A DNA stretch of 64,000 bases from Chrysomallon squamiferum (GCA_012295275.1 CM022670.1:35340001-35404000); one strand, 5' to 3'. Numbered from the stretch's first letter, positions 1 to 16,688 are shown. Notes: generated by a model not told the origin, from the sequence alone. Numbers and translations are program-made.

Positions 1-773
1 GGGAATCCATGCAAACTTAGAGTCTTTTTTTTGGTTTGTTAATAAAATGCTCATATCTCATGCCTAGCTTGGTACTCTCGCAATTATCAAAGTCGTTTAC
101 AAATCTAATGAGCTCAGAACAAACGGAGGAGATGGCCGTCAGAGAGAAAAGACTTGATTGTTAGTTCTCGGAGATAAAATAGAAGTTATAATTGGCGCCT
201 CGGGGGAACAGCAGCTGGTTATGTTTCCAGAATGAGTTCTCTGCTGTTTTGAAAGAAGAATTAGAAACGAACAGACAGAACCGACGTGAAGATATTGGCA
301 TACACCGATTACTGTCTGCGATATCATGGTACATTTTTTCAAGAAATATCTAAAAAAAATTATACGACGCAAATCAAGCTTTCGTAAAAGAAGAATATTT
401 GTGTAGCAAAACAGTGAATGATTCCTATAATCCCATTCATTCATGCATATGGTTAAAAACTATCCAGAAACAACGTATACCGTCATGCAATGGGATAATT
501 GTTTCGTTTAGCGTCACGACACTGACCAGGAGGCAAATAGAGACATTTGATTCTCAGACCCATGGCACCTCAGCACAAAGGTTTAACCACTAAGTTAAAG
601 CTAATAAGTGAAAAATTATTATTTTACTTTTTTAAAAGAATAAAAAGAAATAAAACAACTTTGATCCGTTTCAATACATTCCACCTTTCACTTGCTAAAA
701 TCACGTAACATATTGAACAGCATTTGATCAAAAATTGAAAAGTGACCATCACTAAAACACACACACACACAGA

Positions 774-822
<49 letters not shown>

Positions 823-1160
823 AGACACATACACACACAGACACACACACACAGAGACACACATACACATCCACACACACAAAAACAAATTCATAGACAA
901 ACAGTCACTTCTGCATGGCGAGTTTGAACGTCAGTTTTAAACTAGTTATTGTATTTGATAACAAAACTCTAACACCTGCTGACAAGCAGATTTTACAACG
1001 TACTGGTGTGCGGTTCGTAATGATGTGAATGACATTTGAAAGTGCATCTACATCGTTCTGCAAGATAATATTTCTTTAGATAATAAGCTTAGAACAGACA
1101 CTCGAACAGGCTCGGGTATTTTTTTTATTTTTTTATTTTTTTTTATTTTACAGTCTCTAT

Positions 1161-1330
1161 CAGAGGCGGATTCAGGTTTCAGAGAAAAGAAGGTTATTGT
1201 GATGAAATAGTTTTAAAGATGAAATGTAATATAATGAAGAAAAAAAAGAACACATAAAAAACGACAGTCAGCAAATATAAGATGGGGGAAGGGCTGTCCA
1301 TATCACCTTAAAACCATCTTAATATCACTG
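1161..1330. mobile_element. Possible degenerate MITE
   Basis: Starts CAGAGGCGGATTCAGG, resembling CAGGGGCGGATCC-type MITE termini, and ends aaatatcactg, a poor reverse-complement match. The TSD is not convincing. Confidence 0.15.
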
Positions 1331-2873
1331 TTCATTATTTTTTCTCATAAAAACACGAGAAAATCAGACTTCTTTCCTAGGTTATATTACTATTATTATT
1401 ATTATTATTATACTTTATTGTTAGTAAAGGTTGATTACCGTAATTTTGGATAAAATAGTATTAAAGTAAAGAAGATTTATTAGTCAGTGTGCATGTTTCA
1501 CAAATGAGCGCTTTAAAACAAAATCTTTGTATTTATCTCTATTAATTAATGAAAGAACCGTTTTTGTTTTTATTATTGTTATTTTTTTTTTCTGATTCGA
1601 GTTGCTACAGCGGCGAGATCCCAGAGACTACTGGGATAATAATTTTTATTAATATCGATATCTTCAGTAACACCCATTACAGTACTGTACACATACACTA
1701 AAGTCGAAATGTTCTGTACTGCAATAGACAAACGAATTCTGATACAGCTTTACTTTGAAAACAATGCAACATTTAAAGATTATATCAAGAACTGCTGGTA
1801 ACCACTAATCTTTTCCGTGACATTTACAAAACAAGCAAACACCCGTTGATAATTATGTTCAGGTTCACCTTGGCTTGTGTAAAGGTAACACAGAGACAAG
1901 TTTACAATCCTAATCAAACTGGATAAAGCAGTACGGAATATTCTTCGTTCGCTGATTACTTACAGGGGTTAGCAGCCATCTCGACTCTAAACTGCCAACC
2001 AATTAATTATTCCTAACAAGTTGCTGTACGTTGTAGTCATCGATTTGGCTGTATACAAATATTTAGCAGTTTTTTGTTAGTATTTTGTGACAGACATTTG
2101 TCACTGGCGACAAAAAATAAATGACATGGAATGGAGGGTCGCAACAACAACAACGGCGACAACGATGATTATGATGACAATGATGATGACGACGATAATA
2201 ATGATGATGGTGATGATGATGACGATAATATTAACAGAAATTCGATTACATGAGAAAAGATATTCTTGTTATTGACATACATATCTATTATACTGCATTT
2301 ACGAGTACAGAATATAGAATATAGAATAATAATCTGATGTTTCAAACCAAATATTGCCAAAGACATCGAAAGCAAATTGCAGATTTTGTACAATTAATGC
2401 CCAATAATATTATTAAATTTCGTTAATGTCCACGTTCGAAAAATCATTAAGCTTTAATTTCTTCGTTAATGTCCACATCCTCATATATTATTACAATAAT
2501 GTATATTTATATAACATGATCCTTAATCATGAAATGAAGCTGTTATTATTTTTATTGCCGTTCACAATCAGACAGGAAACGCAGTCATTAATAATCGGAC
2601 ATTAATCTGAATGAGATTAAGCGATGTCTCATTAAGCAATTATTTATTTACGAGTTTCCAGCTTCTAATATAATTTCAGTTATCTCCGTAACTATTATTA
2701 CATTGATAATAATGAGACAAATATAATAACATCATTAATACGATGTTTGTTTGGATTCTAAATACTTGTTACAGCTTTTATGAGTATCGTACAATATCGT
2801 ACAATATCGTATAATTATAATGGTTATTCTAAAACTGTACCATCAGCGGTATTCAGAGAGCTACACAGTTTTT

Positions 2874-2917
<44 letters not shown>

Positions 2918-3533
2918 TTTTATGATGATGATGATGATAGTAATAATAATAATCATCATCATCATTATCACCATCGTCATAAAAACAATAATAAACAGGA
3001 AAATGAACCTGCCATATTCATGCAGTATTTGTCTTTAGTTTCACAAACCTAATCTCAGTTGAACAAACACATACACACACAGACAGACACAGAACACGCG
3101 CACGCACACGCACACACACACAGTACACGCACACATACGCACGTTAAACCCACTTTGTACAGATATAGTTAGATTTCGACTTATATCGACCGAATTACTT
3201 CAGCGTTTGCAAATGATGAGAAAGAAAAATATGCGTGTCTGATCGCTTGGTATTCATCTCTGCTATTCTCCAAGATTCACTGCGCGTTTAAAGTGATAGA
3301 TGTGTTACACAGACGTCAGTTCAAAATGTCTTACACTGAGATGCCGATATGAGCGTTATGTGCATTTAATTTACATCGTTAAAGTAATCCTATCCGGTTT
3401 AACCGGAAAAATATGTTATGCTTTATTAATACAGGATTTTAAAAAAAAATAAAAAAAAAAAAAATAAAAAAATATTATTGATTATTTATTTGTAAATAAT
3501 TCTATTAAATTCTATTAAATTTATCTTCTGTAA

Positions 3534-3601
<68 letters not shown>

Positions 3602-4749
3602 GATAAGTAAATTAAAAATGAATGAATGAATAAAAAATAAAGACATAAAATAACATAAAATATAATAAAATAAATACAAAATAAAATAAATAAGTAAATA
3701 AATAAATAAATAAATAAAGAAATGTAGAAATTATATCCTAAAGAAAATCCAAATTCATCAAGAAAATACAAATTCATTTTATACTAACAATTCATTTTCC
3801 CGTAAACAAACACATATTTATCTACACACATACAAAAGAGTTTCAGACATTAGTAAACTCAGTGCTGTTTGTATTCACATACTATACTTCGATCTCAAAG
3901 AAAATACCAGTGTCAAGAATGCACTATAAACTGTAATTTTACCTTCTTAATGGCTTTGCGAATACTATTCAATACTTGCAAGTAGAATTTGCATTAGCTT
4001 TGTAAGAGAAAACTATACATTTTTAATCTAACATGCTTTAATCGTAATGTCAAATGTTAATCATAACATGAGATTTTAATAAACCTCTGTAATAAAAAAA
4101 AAAAAAATAAAAAAAAAAACAAAAAAACAACAAAAAATATGTTTTCATAGTCATAACTAAAAACCCAAATAACCCAGATTTTCCAGATAATGGCTATTAC
4201 CTTTTCTTTCCGTCTTTTAAAAAAAAAAAAAAAAAAAAAATGTTAATTTTGTTTAACGAAGATAATTATTACATTATAACATAACCCATGACAGTTACGT
4301 TTTTCAGTTCGCTCTTACTAATTTAATTTTACGTTATTTACGGTACTGCTTTTAACTTGTTTTTGTTGTTGTTGTTTTGTTCACTAATTTGTTTTGTTCG
4401 GCAATAACTTTATTATCGAGTTCAGATAGGTTAATGATCTCACAGTGCTTAATGAAACATAAATTTTCAAGAAGGTTCAAGCACGCGTATAATGGACATG
4501 ACCGCAGTGAGTGATCAAGTAGATTCAACTGACAGTTTTAACCTGTCTGTCAGTGCTAGCCGCTGTAAAGTAATAGTCTCTTGTGAACGCAATACAGACG
4601 TATTAGTTGTCTGTTCAACAGGTTTCTGATGTTATTTGGACAGAAGAAAGATATTCTTCACTTTACGTATCCCTTGAGAGCTCGGTTAAATGTCATTCAA
4701 GTACCGATCAAGCTTAAGACTGCAATAACTGAAACTGGTAAAAGTTTGA

Positions 4750-4793
<44 letters not shown>

Positions 4794-5982
4794 TGTTATA
4801 TATATATATGTGTGTGTGTGTGTTGTGTATATATATATATGTGTGTGTGTGTGTATGTGTGTGCTTGTGTTGTGTTGTGTGTATACACACACACGTATAC
4901 AGAAACACACGAATCACACACACACGTACACATTCTCCCAATCTCTCATAATTTGTTTCTGTCTATATGTCTGTGTGTGTGTGTGTGTGCGTTTGTGTGA
5001 GTGTATCTTTCTACCTGTCTATAGATACACACAAACAGACATACACAGACATACATTGTATATATATTTCTCATTCACATATACACACACATATGCACGT
5101 ACGAATATACATTACGTTTATATGATAAGGTTAAATATAAAAACAAAATGTGAGGTATTTTAGATTGAAATCACGTACAGTTATTAAATAATTAGTATAA
5201 TAACAACAACAACACCAACACCAACCCCAACCCCAACAATAATAATAATATTAATAATATACAAAAAGGAAACTGAAAGTAAAAAAGTAAATCATATCCA
5301 AGATTTCAGTCTGAGTAGCTTCTGTCGCATATTCAGTTATTTTATTTTATTTTATTTTGTTTTGTTTTGTTTTGTTTTGTTTTGTTTTGTTTTGTTTTGT
5401 TTTGTTTTGTTTTGTTTTGTTTTATTTTATTTTATTTTAATTTATTTCATTTTATCTCATTTTATATATTTATATTTATATTTATTTTTATTTTTATTTT
5501 TATTTTTATTTTTATTTACATTCTATTTTTGTTTTATTATTTATTTATTTTTTTGGTGATTTTTAATATTTAATGGATAGTTTTAATTTCACACCATAGA
5601 TTTTCTGTAAGCTGCAGCTTTGGATAAATACTGTTCATTTTTTTTTTTTTTTTTAAAAACCACAATGGAAATATTTAATATGTCATTTGGTAACAAATAT
5701 TTTTTACTAAAATTTCTAAATCTTAATAGTCTTTTCATTATCTTTAAAAAAAAAAAAATACTGTAGACGTAGTGTTCTTTTTAATTAATTGACCTTTTAA
5801 AAAATATATTATTATTATTATTATCATTATTATTATTATTATTATTCTGGGTTGTTGCTTTGTTGTTATTTAAAAAAAAAAATTCAAAACACAAGTAAAA
5901 TATGCAAACAAAATAAGTATACAGATTAATAACATTCAAATTACGTCACGACTAATTTAAATATATAGCATAATATGGTATG

Positions 5983-6014
<32 letters not shown>

Positions 6015-6024
6015 CATACATATA

Positions 6025-6193
6025 CAGGGTGGCAATAAAGTCACTATACAGTTACTTATAATAAAATAAAAGTTCAAACAGTATCGGTAATTAATTTACT
6101 ATTGTTTTCCATAGCATTTTATTATTAACCAGAATTAAATAGAACCATTTTAATAATAAATTTCTGGACTGTTGATTAATTGCTTTGTCTTAA

Positions 6194-6250
<57 letters not shown>

Positions 6251-6830
6251 AAATGGAAAGAAAAGTTTATACAAAATGGTTATAAACAAGGAGAAAAAAT
6301 ATATACAGTTTAATACATATATATTTGTATTCAGGTGAGATATTACCGATTTTATGCAAACCAACATTTAAAATTTAACACACTAACAGGGAAATAGAAA
6401 TCTGCACAGAAAGTTTCTTCATTTAAATAAAATCATTTTTTGTTTAAAGTTTCTATCTTTGTGCTATTTTTTTTTTTTTTTTTTTTTTTATAAAATAATG
6501 CTAATTATAATTAGATGCATGGCCATAACTAGACTCTTTCTGAAATGAGGTAAAAACGCTTATGCCGAGCGGAGCGGGGCAAAATAACTTGGGTGAGGGG
6601 TCTGGGGGCTAGATGACACTGCATCAGGGTAAGAACCGGGCTAAGACTGAAACATGTGAAAAGGATACTGTGTGCCTTAAATCATCAGGTGTTCGATAAA
6701 CCTATTAAATGTCCGATGTCTTTGAAGTCAGTTATGTCTTTCATCGCAACCGATGTCGGTAGACTTCGAACGGTAACCGTAGACATAAACGAATTCATTC
6801 AGTGGATATCGATTCTATCGGAATAGAGAT
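6025..6830. mobile_element. Possible decayed DNA-transposon/MITE remnants
   Basis: TA|CAGGGTG at 6023-6031 resembles a Tc1/mariner-type terminus in a TA tract. The GC-rich gccgagcggagcggggc...ggggtctggggg at ~6564-6609 resembles invertebrate non-autonomous elements. No matching second TIR or transposase was seen. Confidence 0.2.
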
Positions 6831-7512
6831 TTTTATTTTATATATTTTAAATAAAATAATTTGCCTCAATGTAGTTATTACGGCCATGTTTAAATATATG
6901 ACTTATAAAAAAAAAAAAAAAAAGTAAAAAATTAAAAAAATGTGTTTTTCTTGTTATGTTTAAAATCAATAACGATTGAAAAGTATATAAATACCTGGCA
7001 AACTTCCCGGCGTCCATATTTAAATCTTATTACCAACTTGCTTAAACGGAGCTTTTTAACTCGACGTAATTCGATGTTCAAATCGCTGACGCTTTCCGTT
7101 TGAAATCAACCATGCAGATAAACAACGTTGAGTGGTTGCGCCCAACTTGACTCCCAGTCATGGCTGTCATTTAAAAAAAACACTCCCTTCTTTTCACGAG
7201 AGTCGAGAAACAACCCGCGCTGAACCACGGGCAGACGAAGAGCTGTCTAATTGCGACCATGGAGAACTCGAGTCTGTGGATGATGACGAATCGATCTGGT
7301 AACCCAACATGTGAGTCCACTCCGGCATGGTTCCGACAGAACGAATCAAACAGACCACGTAGGAAACATGTGACAGATTCCCGTCAGTCTGTGCGGTGAT
7401 GAGTGTGCAGACGACAGTAAAACAAATGTCAGGAACACGTCAGGAATTTAGTAGCAGGGTTTGGTGACAACAGTTACGTACCTTGGATATTTTCAGCTAA
7501 CCCGTGTCGATT

Positions 7513-7612
<100 letters not shown>

Positions 7613-8190
7613 TCCTTCCTTTTTATTTTGTATTCAGACTTTTGTTTCAGCTTTTTTCTTTTGTTATAAGATCGCTTGTGAGATAAGGTCATTTATGTTA
7701 TATTTACAAGAATATAATTTGTAATTTTTTTTTCAGTTTGGAAATGTATATAAAGATGAATAACAAAAATGTTTTTCAGGTCATTTAATGACGTTAATAT
7801 TAAAATATATCGAGGAACAGTTAAGCAAATCTTCATTCCGTTCATAATTACGTTGAGTAAAAACAAATGAAAGATAGAATTTTGTGAATTTGAAAAATAG
7901 ATTACTTTCTTCTCTTTCCATTATGGGGTTTATTGTTACGACTTTAATGCCAAAATTTATATTAACAATCTATATTTTCATCATGAGAGGTTTTTACATC
8001 TTTATTGCACTGACGTAATTAGCTAGGCAAAACCATTTTCCATATTAAATCAAAACATTTTTTAAATCTAAGTTCACCTAAGAGTTTTCAAACTGAACGA
8101 TTATTATTATTATAAATATTTTTTTTTTAAATTATCTTCCAGCCTCTTCAGTCATAACTGATTATCTTTTATAACAAATAAATCAAGGGA

Positions 8191-8228
<38 letters not shown>

Positions 8229-8837
8229 AAATTAGAACAAATAAAAAAAAAATAAATAAATAAATAAATAAATAAAGCTCTAGCATCTGCAATGTTATTA
8301 AGTTTTATTGCAAAATTAATGTAGCGTGTAATTAGACAACCAAAGAGTGACGGATAAAGTATTAATATCAAATCCTAAATTACGAGCAATAACAAATGTT
8401 CTTAATGAGATTAGGGATAAATTCAAGAGGATTTTAACCTAAAAAAAAATAAATAAAAATAAATAAAATATTCATTGAAATGAAATAAAAAATGACACTG
8501 AGGACATAAACGGCTGGATTGAAAATATATTTAAAATTTAATAACAATAATACTAAGGATAATAAACGGCTGGATAACAATAAAAAATATATTTAAATAT
8601 TTAATAATAATAATAATAATAATAATAAGAAAAAGAAGAAGCAGAAGAAGAAGAACAACAACAAAAACAACAACAACAGTAATAATCATCATCATCATCA
8701 TAATCAGCATAATTATAACAATAAAAATAACAATAATAAAAACAACAAAAACAACAACAATAATAATAATAATCTGTTCTCTCTTATAGAAATTTAGAAA
8801 TTTTCATAATTGTTATCTCTAGCACAATAGCCCCAAG

Positions 8838-8881
<44 letters not shown>

Positions 8882-9470
8882 AAAAATAAAAAAGATAAGA
8901 CATCTGAAGCAATTCTCAGCTGGTAGTTTCAGTCACGCTGTCTCATTATGAAGCTAAATTTGAAACTGTTTTAGCAGAAATTTGCATTTCTCAACGAATG
9001 TTTCCCAGTGTAATTTGTGGCTTTTAAACTTTCTCTTTTCATACATCCTCCTTTCAGTGCACTAATTGTCTTGTACGAGCGTTCACTTTAGTTAAAAGAC
9101 TGCGGACTTCTCGAAATAGACTGTGAAAAGGTTGACATCACCTAGAACAAGACTGACATGTCTACTTCTTCGTAGAAACTTTTATCTCTTGCTATAGCTT
9201 TGGAGTTAAGAATATTACAATATTTGTTTTTTTATTGTTGTTCGTTCTTTAGCAAAATGTTCCCAGACTTGAAGTTGGAATCTTAGTTTTATAGAATTTA
9301 TCTTTGGTTTAATAAGTATATATATTTTTTCATCATTAACTATGTTTTTGTGCATGTATGTATGTATGTATGTATGTATGTATGTATGTATGTGTGTGTG
9401 TGTGTATTTATGTGTGTGTGTGCATGCATGTGTGCATCCGTGTATGTATATGGTACATTTCTATGCTTAA

Positions 9471-9501
<31 letters not shown>

Positions 9502-9797
9502 CTTCTTCTTCTTCTTCTTCTTTTTATTATTATTATTATTATTAAAAATAAGAATGTATTAAACATATATACATATATATGTACACACATATGCATATCT
9601 TTTTCCCCCGTTCAGTTAGCGAGATTTTGTATGATCAAAGACGTGTTTTCCTTTTTGTTAATAATTGAGAATAACTAATAGCATTGATTCGGCGTGTTTT
9701 TCGTTCATTATTTTCATCAATATTAAAAAAACCCTATTTTTAACACGTTATCACTGCTAATACTGATGTGTCGTTAAGTATTCATTATCAACGTGTT

Positions 9798-9835
<38 letters not shown>

Positions 9836-10620
9836 TTGTTTAAATACTTCATCCTACGTCATTAGCGGATTCCGAGAAAAATACTTGACATTCAGAAAGT
9901 GATTCATGACTTTTCGGCGTTAATCTGAAGAAAAACACTTCTGATCATGATGTACTGCAATAAACACAAAACTCTAACATCCTATTTTTACGATAATTCG
10001 AGAAAAAGAATTAATAAAAAAAATATCTGGCGCTGACGAACGTAAAATACATACGAAAAAAAATATTTGTGTAAATAAATCGATGTTATTTTTCTTTCCA
10101 CTTTTGGTAAATTCACATAAGATTGATCATATCTGGCTGTCTGAACGAGCATTATTACATAAAGGCACGGAACCTTTAATAACCGGAGTTATTTTGTCCA
10201 CTCCAGCAGGCTGAAAACGCATTAGGTTTAATGCCACATAATGCCGCGATGTGGCATCATACGTAATTACCTTGATCAAGCAGAGGATTACGTTAATGAT
10301 CACCGTTGTGCCGGAATTTGCCGAGATGAGTATTAAATCAATATTTGCATTACGTGATCACGATTCAAAAAAAAATAAAAAAATAAAAAAATAAAAATAC
10401 AAGAAGAAGAAAAAAATAAGAGAAAGAGAGAAAATTACAAATATTTTAAAAACAACGACAGTGACAGCCCTGGAGAAAGAAGACACGTGAGATCGATATT
10501 CTCGGAAGTTATTACGTCATAAAATTACCGGAGAAACTCGACCTACGTTAACGAAAATTAGACTGTCTAGGTTTGAAGGTATTTGGTTTCTTTCTTTCGT
10601 GTCTTCTTTTTATTTTGTCT

Positions 10621-10653
<33 letters not shown>

Positions 10654-12105
10654 CATGTTTTGGAGATAATGTTTAATGGTGTCGCCGTAACCATATAAAA
10701 TGTCAGCTTGTTTGTGTCGGGATAAACATTTGGTTAATAGGTCTGTAAAGATCTTGTTTCATGAAATAGTTAAGCAAAGCCAAAAGGAAATGCCAGTACC
10801 GACAGATTAAAAAAAGAGAAGAAAATCAAAAAAGATTTCATTAAATAATCATGCATAACTAGACATTTTCCTGTAATAAAAATGTTCTTTGGGGTATTTT
10901 ATTTTCCGTTTGCGTAATCGGAAGAGAAAACGAAATGTTTAACAAGAATAGTTTACCTAATCGTACAGTGCTAAATCTCTGTATCAAATACGAGAATTTC
11001 GTTCTGATGTGCGCTCTTTGCTAAACTCAAAACATTCTATTAGCCAGTGCATATCAAGTAATGACAGCCACAGAACATTAATGTCATCATTTCTGAATTT
11101 AGTTCTTCAGTGAAAGGTCTGCATCATGCTGCGGTATTTTACTTGAAGTAATTACAGGTTTTCTTTCAGACAGCAAGTTTTTTTAAATTACTCAGTGCAT
11201 ATTTGTAAACAGTGACAACTGTCATTTTGTACATCTCATTTTCTTTCGCCTCTCTGTGCTTTACAAACTTTGCGAAGAACTTCAGATTTTATAATAAGAA
11301 AAAGTTTAATAAAGGATTTCGCAGTTACAAAACTATGAAGAGACATGGTTAAAGAAAATATAACGTGGTTTCACAAGGACGATACCTGTCAACAAAATGT
11401 TTTCTTCTCTTTGAACGATTTCTCTCTTTCTGCAATATATTCATCATGGATTATAGAAACAAGCAAACAGAAACCTTGAAGCCTGTTTAACAGTTGTCAT
11501 CGCTTGAAGGTAAACAACTGGAACTGAGTTGAAGCCAAGGAGACTGTGCCCGAAGATATTTTTATGGATGCCCCAGATTTCTCTAGAACTCGAGTGACAC
11601 TGAAGAATAGTGTTTCAGTGTTTATTGTCGAACAGTAAAGGTGTTTGGTGACAGACAGCGACATGCTAATGATTACTGATTCTGAAGAATTTGCATGTTT
11701 AATTTTTTTTGTGCAAAATATTAATAATATATGATTCGTCTGGATGTAGTTTATTGTGTGTCATATCGGATGAAGTATTATATATTTTTTGTTACCTGAA
11801 TTTTTTAAGATAGGAAATTAGTTGTTCATTTGATGATTTAGAAAACACAATATATTTAAAATTTACAGCTATAAGTAATTCTACACAAGAATAGTTTAGA
11901 GATAAAATTGTTAACTAAAATACTTTATTTAATTTTTTTGGTAATAGTATCATTATTTTCTGTATTATCTTGCAGAATAAAAAACATTTAATTGTGATTT
12001 CTGAGAAATGTTTTACATTGTGATAAAATAATTATAAAACTACTTATAAATAGCAACAGCAACAGTAACAGCAGCAACGACAACAATAAGAACAAAAACA
12101 ACCAC

Positions 12106-12159
<54 letters not shown>

Positions 12160-13960
12160 AATAAATAATAATAATAAGAAAGCAACACCAGCAACAATAA
12201 TAAAGAGAAAAATGACAAAATAAATAAATACATAAACATATACCTGAATTATAAAAGCTACCACTGTGCAAAATAAACTTGGAATAACGAATGGTAAAAG
12301 CAGACGTATTAATTAAAGAAACGATTCTACACTTTAGGCTGTAAAGCTGACATTTCCAAGTTGGTAGCAACGACAATGATTGGTATTCCGTTGCCTTTAA
12401 GGTTGAATTTTTGTACAGAAAAAGATATCTCGTAATTAACATTTAGACGATCGAGAAAAGAGAATCTGTGATAACATGTGGATGCTTTACATATGTTTCA
12501 AGATCTTGTTTTGAAAAACCAAAAGGTTTCTCAAATGCCAAAGCATGTGATAACAATATTGCTTGTAATCTTTGATCTAAGAATAACTGTATCGAACTTG
12601 GATATTCTTTGAATTGGCTTTCTTATCTAGAAAAACTTTCTGTACTTAAACTTCCTGCCTTAGGTAGAATTGTCTATTAAAATCTTGCTTCAGTAATTCT
12701 TCGACGAAGGCGTGCGAAAATCACCTAAATACAAACATCCACTGAAACTTTGAAAATGATTATTTGGTGAATTCGTCAAATGGAAATTCTGACATTGATA
12801 TTTTATTCCTTCGCAAGCTTTTGTAAGGCTTCAGCATAGTTGTACTGTACGAATAGAATCAGGCAAATAAAGCACCGTTCTTGACATCAAGCTAATCTGC
12901 CTTAATACATTTTGTGTCCTTCGTTTTTCATGATTACTGACTAAAATATTCATATCTGTTGGATGACAAGCCCCAAAACATTAATTTTTATTATAAATGT
13001 CCCATAATTGTTATGTATTGGCAAAAAGGGATCTTTGCACGAACTTTGAAAGGATATACCACGGTCTGTGATTAATCCGTCATGGAGCACTAGCAGGAAC
13101 GTGAAATAGCCCAACAAAGATAATGAAAAGAAATGACTCTAAAACCTATCCTGTGTTTCAGCCAGTAAGTGAGAAATAAAACTAATCTTCGGAAAGTATT
13201 ATGTCATGAAAGCTTGCCTTTTTGTCCGATAGACATCAACACGATCCAAATGTTTTATCTACATTTGCAATCTTCCTTTATTTACAGGAAGCATATTTCT
13301 TTTTTTTTTTTTTTTTTTTTTTTTTTTCATATTATCAGAAGCCATATAACAATAAGCAAAAAATGTTAGAGGTAGGTTATTGAGTAAAATATTTCCTTCA
13401 CAATATTCACAGTCCAAGGGACACTACTCGGTTTCAGAATAATTTCCAAGCCGATATCAATCTGTTCCGCCTGGAATTTTTGTCATTTGTTGAAAGGTTT
13501 CTCTCATTACCTGCCTGTCTGTTTGACATACATATCTCACTCTTAACTTAAAAGTACATGACCACTTGAAAGACCTCGCTAGATTGAAAAAAACAAATTG
13601 GAATTTAAACATGATGACGTTTATTAATAAAAAAAAAAAAAAAAATAAAAAAAAAAAAAAAAAAAAAATAACAGTTTAAAATCAATAACAAAAAGTAAAA
13701 AAAAAATACTGATTTGACATATTTTTTTTGGGGTTTGCAGCCACGCAATAACGTTTGTTATGTGCAATTAGAGAACAATTAAATTTGTAGTTTTAAAATG
13801 TTAGAGTTAACCGTTGTTAAACATGTTGCGGCTTGTAAAATGGTTCACAAATATCATGTACATCTACATATTCATTTCTGTTTTTGTCAAAAGGTAATGT
13901 TAATAAATCTAAAAATATATGATTACGAAAACCAAATAAACTAATATATATCTTTATATA

Positions 13961-14015
<55 letters not shown>

Positions 14016-15354
14016 TATAACGAAACAGACACTTTTAATTGACGAAATAAACTATATATACCTGTATATATAAATTATTCACAAATAAAATCACATATTA
14101 ATAGGCCTATAACTAAACAAACATAGATTCGTATTCACATGAATAATAATTACCTTTCAGATACATAACAGATACCTTTCAAACAGAAATACTTAAGCTC
14201 ACATCGGAAACAAAACAATATATTTGTATGTATACTTACCCTATAAACCTGTTTAATGTAGTATACATGTATGTACTTATATTCAGATGAAATTAACGTA
14301 TTTATTGCTTTCACCAAACCAATCGATGATGAGAGGCATACAGTGATGATATATGACCAACAGCTGTAATACACTCTCAGAGCAGTTATTAACTCTTTAA
14401 TACGCTTACAGTAAGCCAGATTTATTAATCTTATCATTGATTTCTACCTGCTGTTTGCGATATTCGACATGAATTATGACATTTCTGTAAAGTAAGTGTA
14501 TATATTTAACAATCTGGATTCACTCCGGGTCTGTTCCAAATAAACTGAAATCAGTTCACACAACATGTTCTAGTGTTACTGTGTGCGCTTAATTATATCT
14601 GTTATTTCACCTTTAGCTTTTATTATTATTATTATTATTTCTTTTCTTTTCTATATTACTTATTTATTTTTTATTATTATTTATTTATTTATTTAATTAT
14701 TTTATTTATTATTATTATTTTATATTATTATTATTATTATTATTATTAAATTATTATTATATTATTATTGTGACTAAATAGCTTATAAATATTTGTTTTT
14801 AATGTTTTCATTTTCATACATTCATCCATATTTTTCTTATATTAATTTCTGAAATTAAAATTGAAATACATTTTTACTAACCCTTTTGAAATTGTTTCAA
14901 ATGTTGCAGTCCTCTTAATAACGCAGATTGTAAATTCAGGTCAGATTTACAAATAAATTATCGTTTTGTCATGAATATAAAATTGTTATTATCTACCAGT
15001 CCGTATTTTTCATTTGTTGTTAATAAAAAATAAATTAAAAAATAAATATATTTCAGATCAAACACATGTGATTTTGCTAGTGAATTTGTGTATGAATGTA
15101 TGCGTATGTTTCTGCATGTATATGATGTATTTCGTTTTTTATATTGTTTATTTATTTATTTATTTATTTACTTACTTACTTACTTTTATCATCATCATCA
15201 TTATTATTATTATTATTATTATTATTAATAGAAATTTTTTTATTTTCAAATTTATTTTAATTTAAGTATTTATTATTACTAATATTATTATTATTATTGT
15301 TAATAGAAACAATTTTATTTTCAAATTTATTTTATTTTAAATATTTATCATTAC

Positions 15355-15403
<49 letters not shown>

Positions 15404-15752
15404 ATATATGGCTTAAATATAATTATTTAATAATAATAATTATAATAAATATGTTTATTCATTTAATAGCTATTATATTTTTAAATGTTCTAATATTTTT
15501 GGTCCACGACTGTGTCCTTATACTCATTGTTCTCAGAATACACAGTAATAGTGTCACACATATTAAAGACTGGCGCAACGTATTCCTATATTTGTTTAAC
15601 CCGCACACTAGAATAGCTTACAATGAACGCATCCTGTAGTAAAAATAAGATTAACAACTGAAATACTTTATCGATTACTTACAATGATGACGTTGATGTA
15701 GATTATTCTGGGCAACATTTACCCCACAGCACAGCTGTTTCCCGTTAGATTG

Positions 15753-15796
<44 letters not shown>

Positions 15797-15954
15797 TGAG
15801 GTGAAAAAAAAAATCATGAAGGAAGTGGTTATAATTGTGTATAATTCTTGTAGGAAGAAAACTGTGATTTGGAATCTTGTATGTACGCGCAGAATTCGTA
15901 TTAAAAAAATAAGAATAAAGAAAATGTAAAAATAAAAGTAAAAAATTATCAAAA

Positions 15955-15997
<43 letters not shown>

Positions 15998-16000
15998 TTT

Positions 16001-16051
<51 letters not shown>

Positions 16052-16571
16052 ATTATTATTGTTGTTGTATGTATAAGAAATAAGCCGAAATATTTATCGT
16101 TAAAAAAAAATGTAAAAGGAGATATGTAAAAGTCCTTCAAAATAAAATATTTTATTGTAACAAGTATGATGTAATTAGAGTGTTCAAATAAGCGGAAATA
16201 TTTACGTAAGAAAAATGTGTTAGGAGATATTTTGTCATCACAAAAAATCAGTATTTTATTCCAAAAACATTTTTTTTTTTTTTTTTCTTTTTTTTCTCAA
16301 AAGTACAACAAAATTATATATCTAACAGAGCAGACGATTTAAATTATTTATTTCGTCTTTTTAAAACATTTTTACTTTCTCGACAAAAGAGAAGTACAAT
16401 AAATATATGGAAATTTGTTCTGAAATTACTGTTCTTATTAGTATTTCTTTATCTTATTTTCACATGTTCCTGTCCTGTTGTTATTGCTATTGTTGCTGTT
16501 GTTATTTGTCGTTAACCACATAGCTTCAGTTGTAAGGATTTTTCACTTAATACTGATATTTGTTTACCTGC

Positions 16572-16635
<64 letters not shown>

Positions 16636-16688
16636 TCACACATATTCATATACATACATTCATACATATATATATTTACATACTTACA

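Noticed and set aside
139-593. ORFs at the window start
   Set aside because: No motif, codon bias or clear splice signals.
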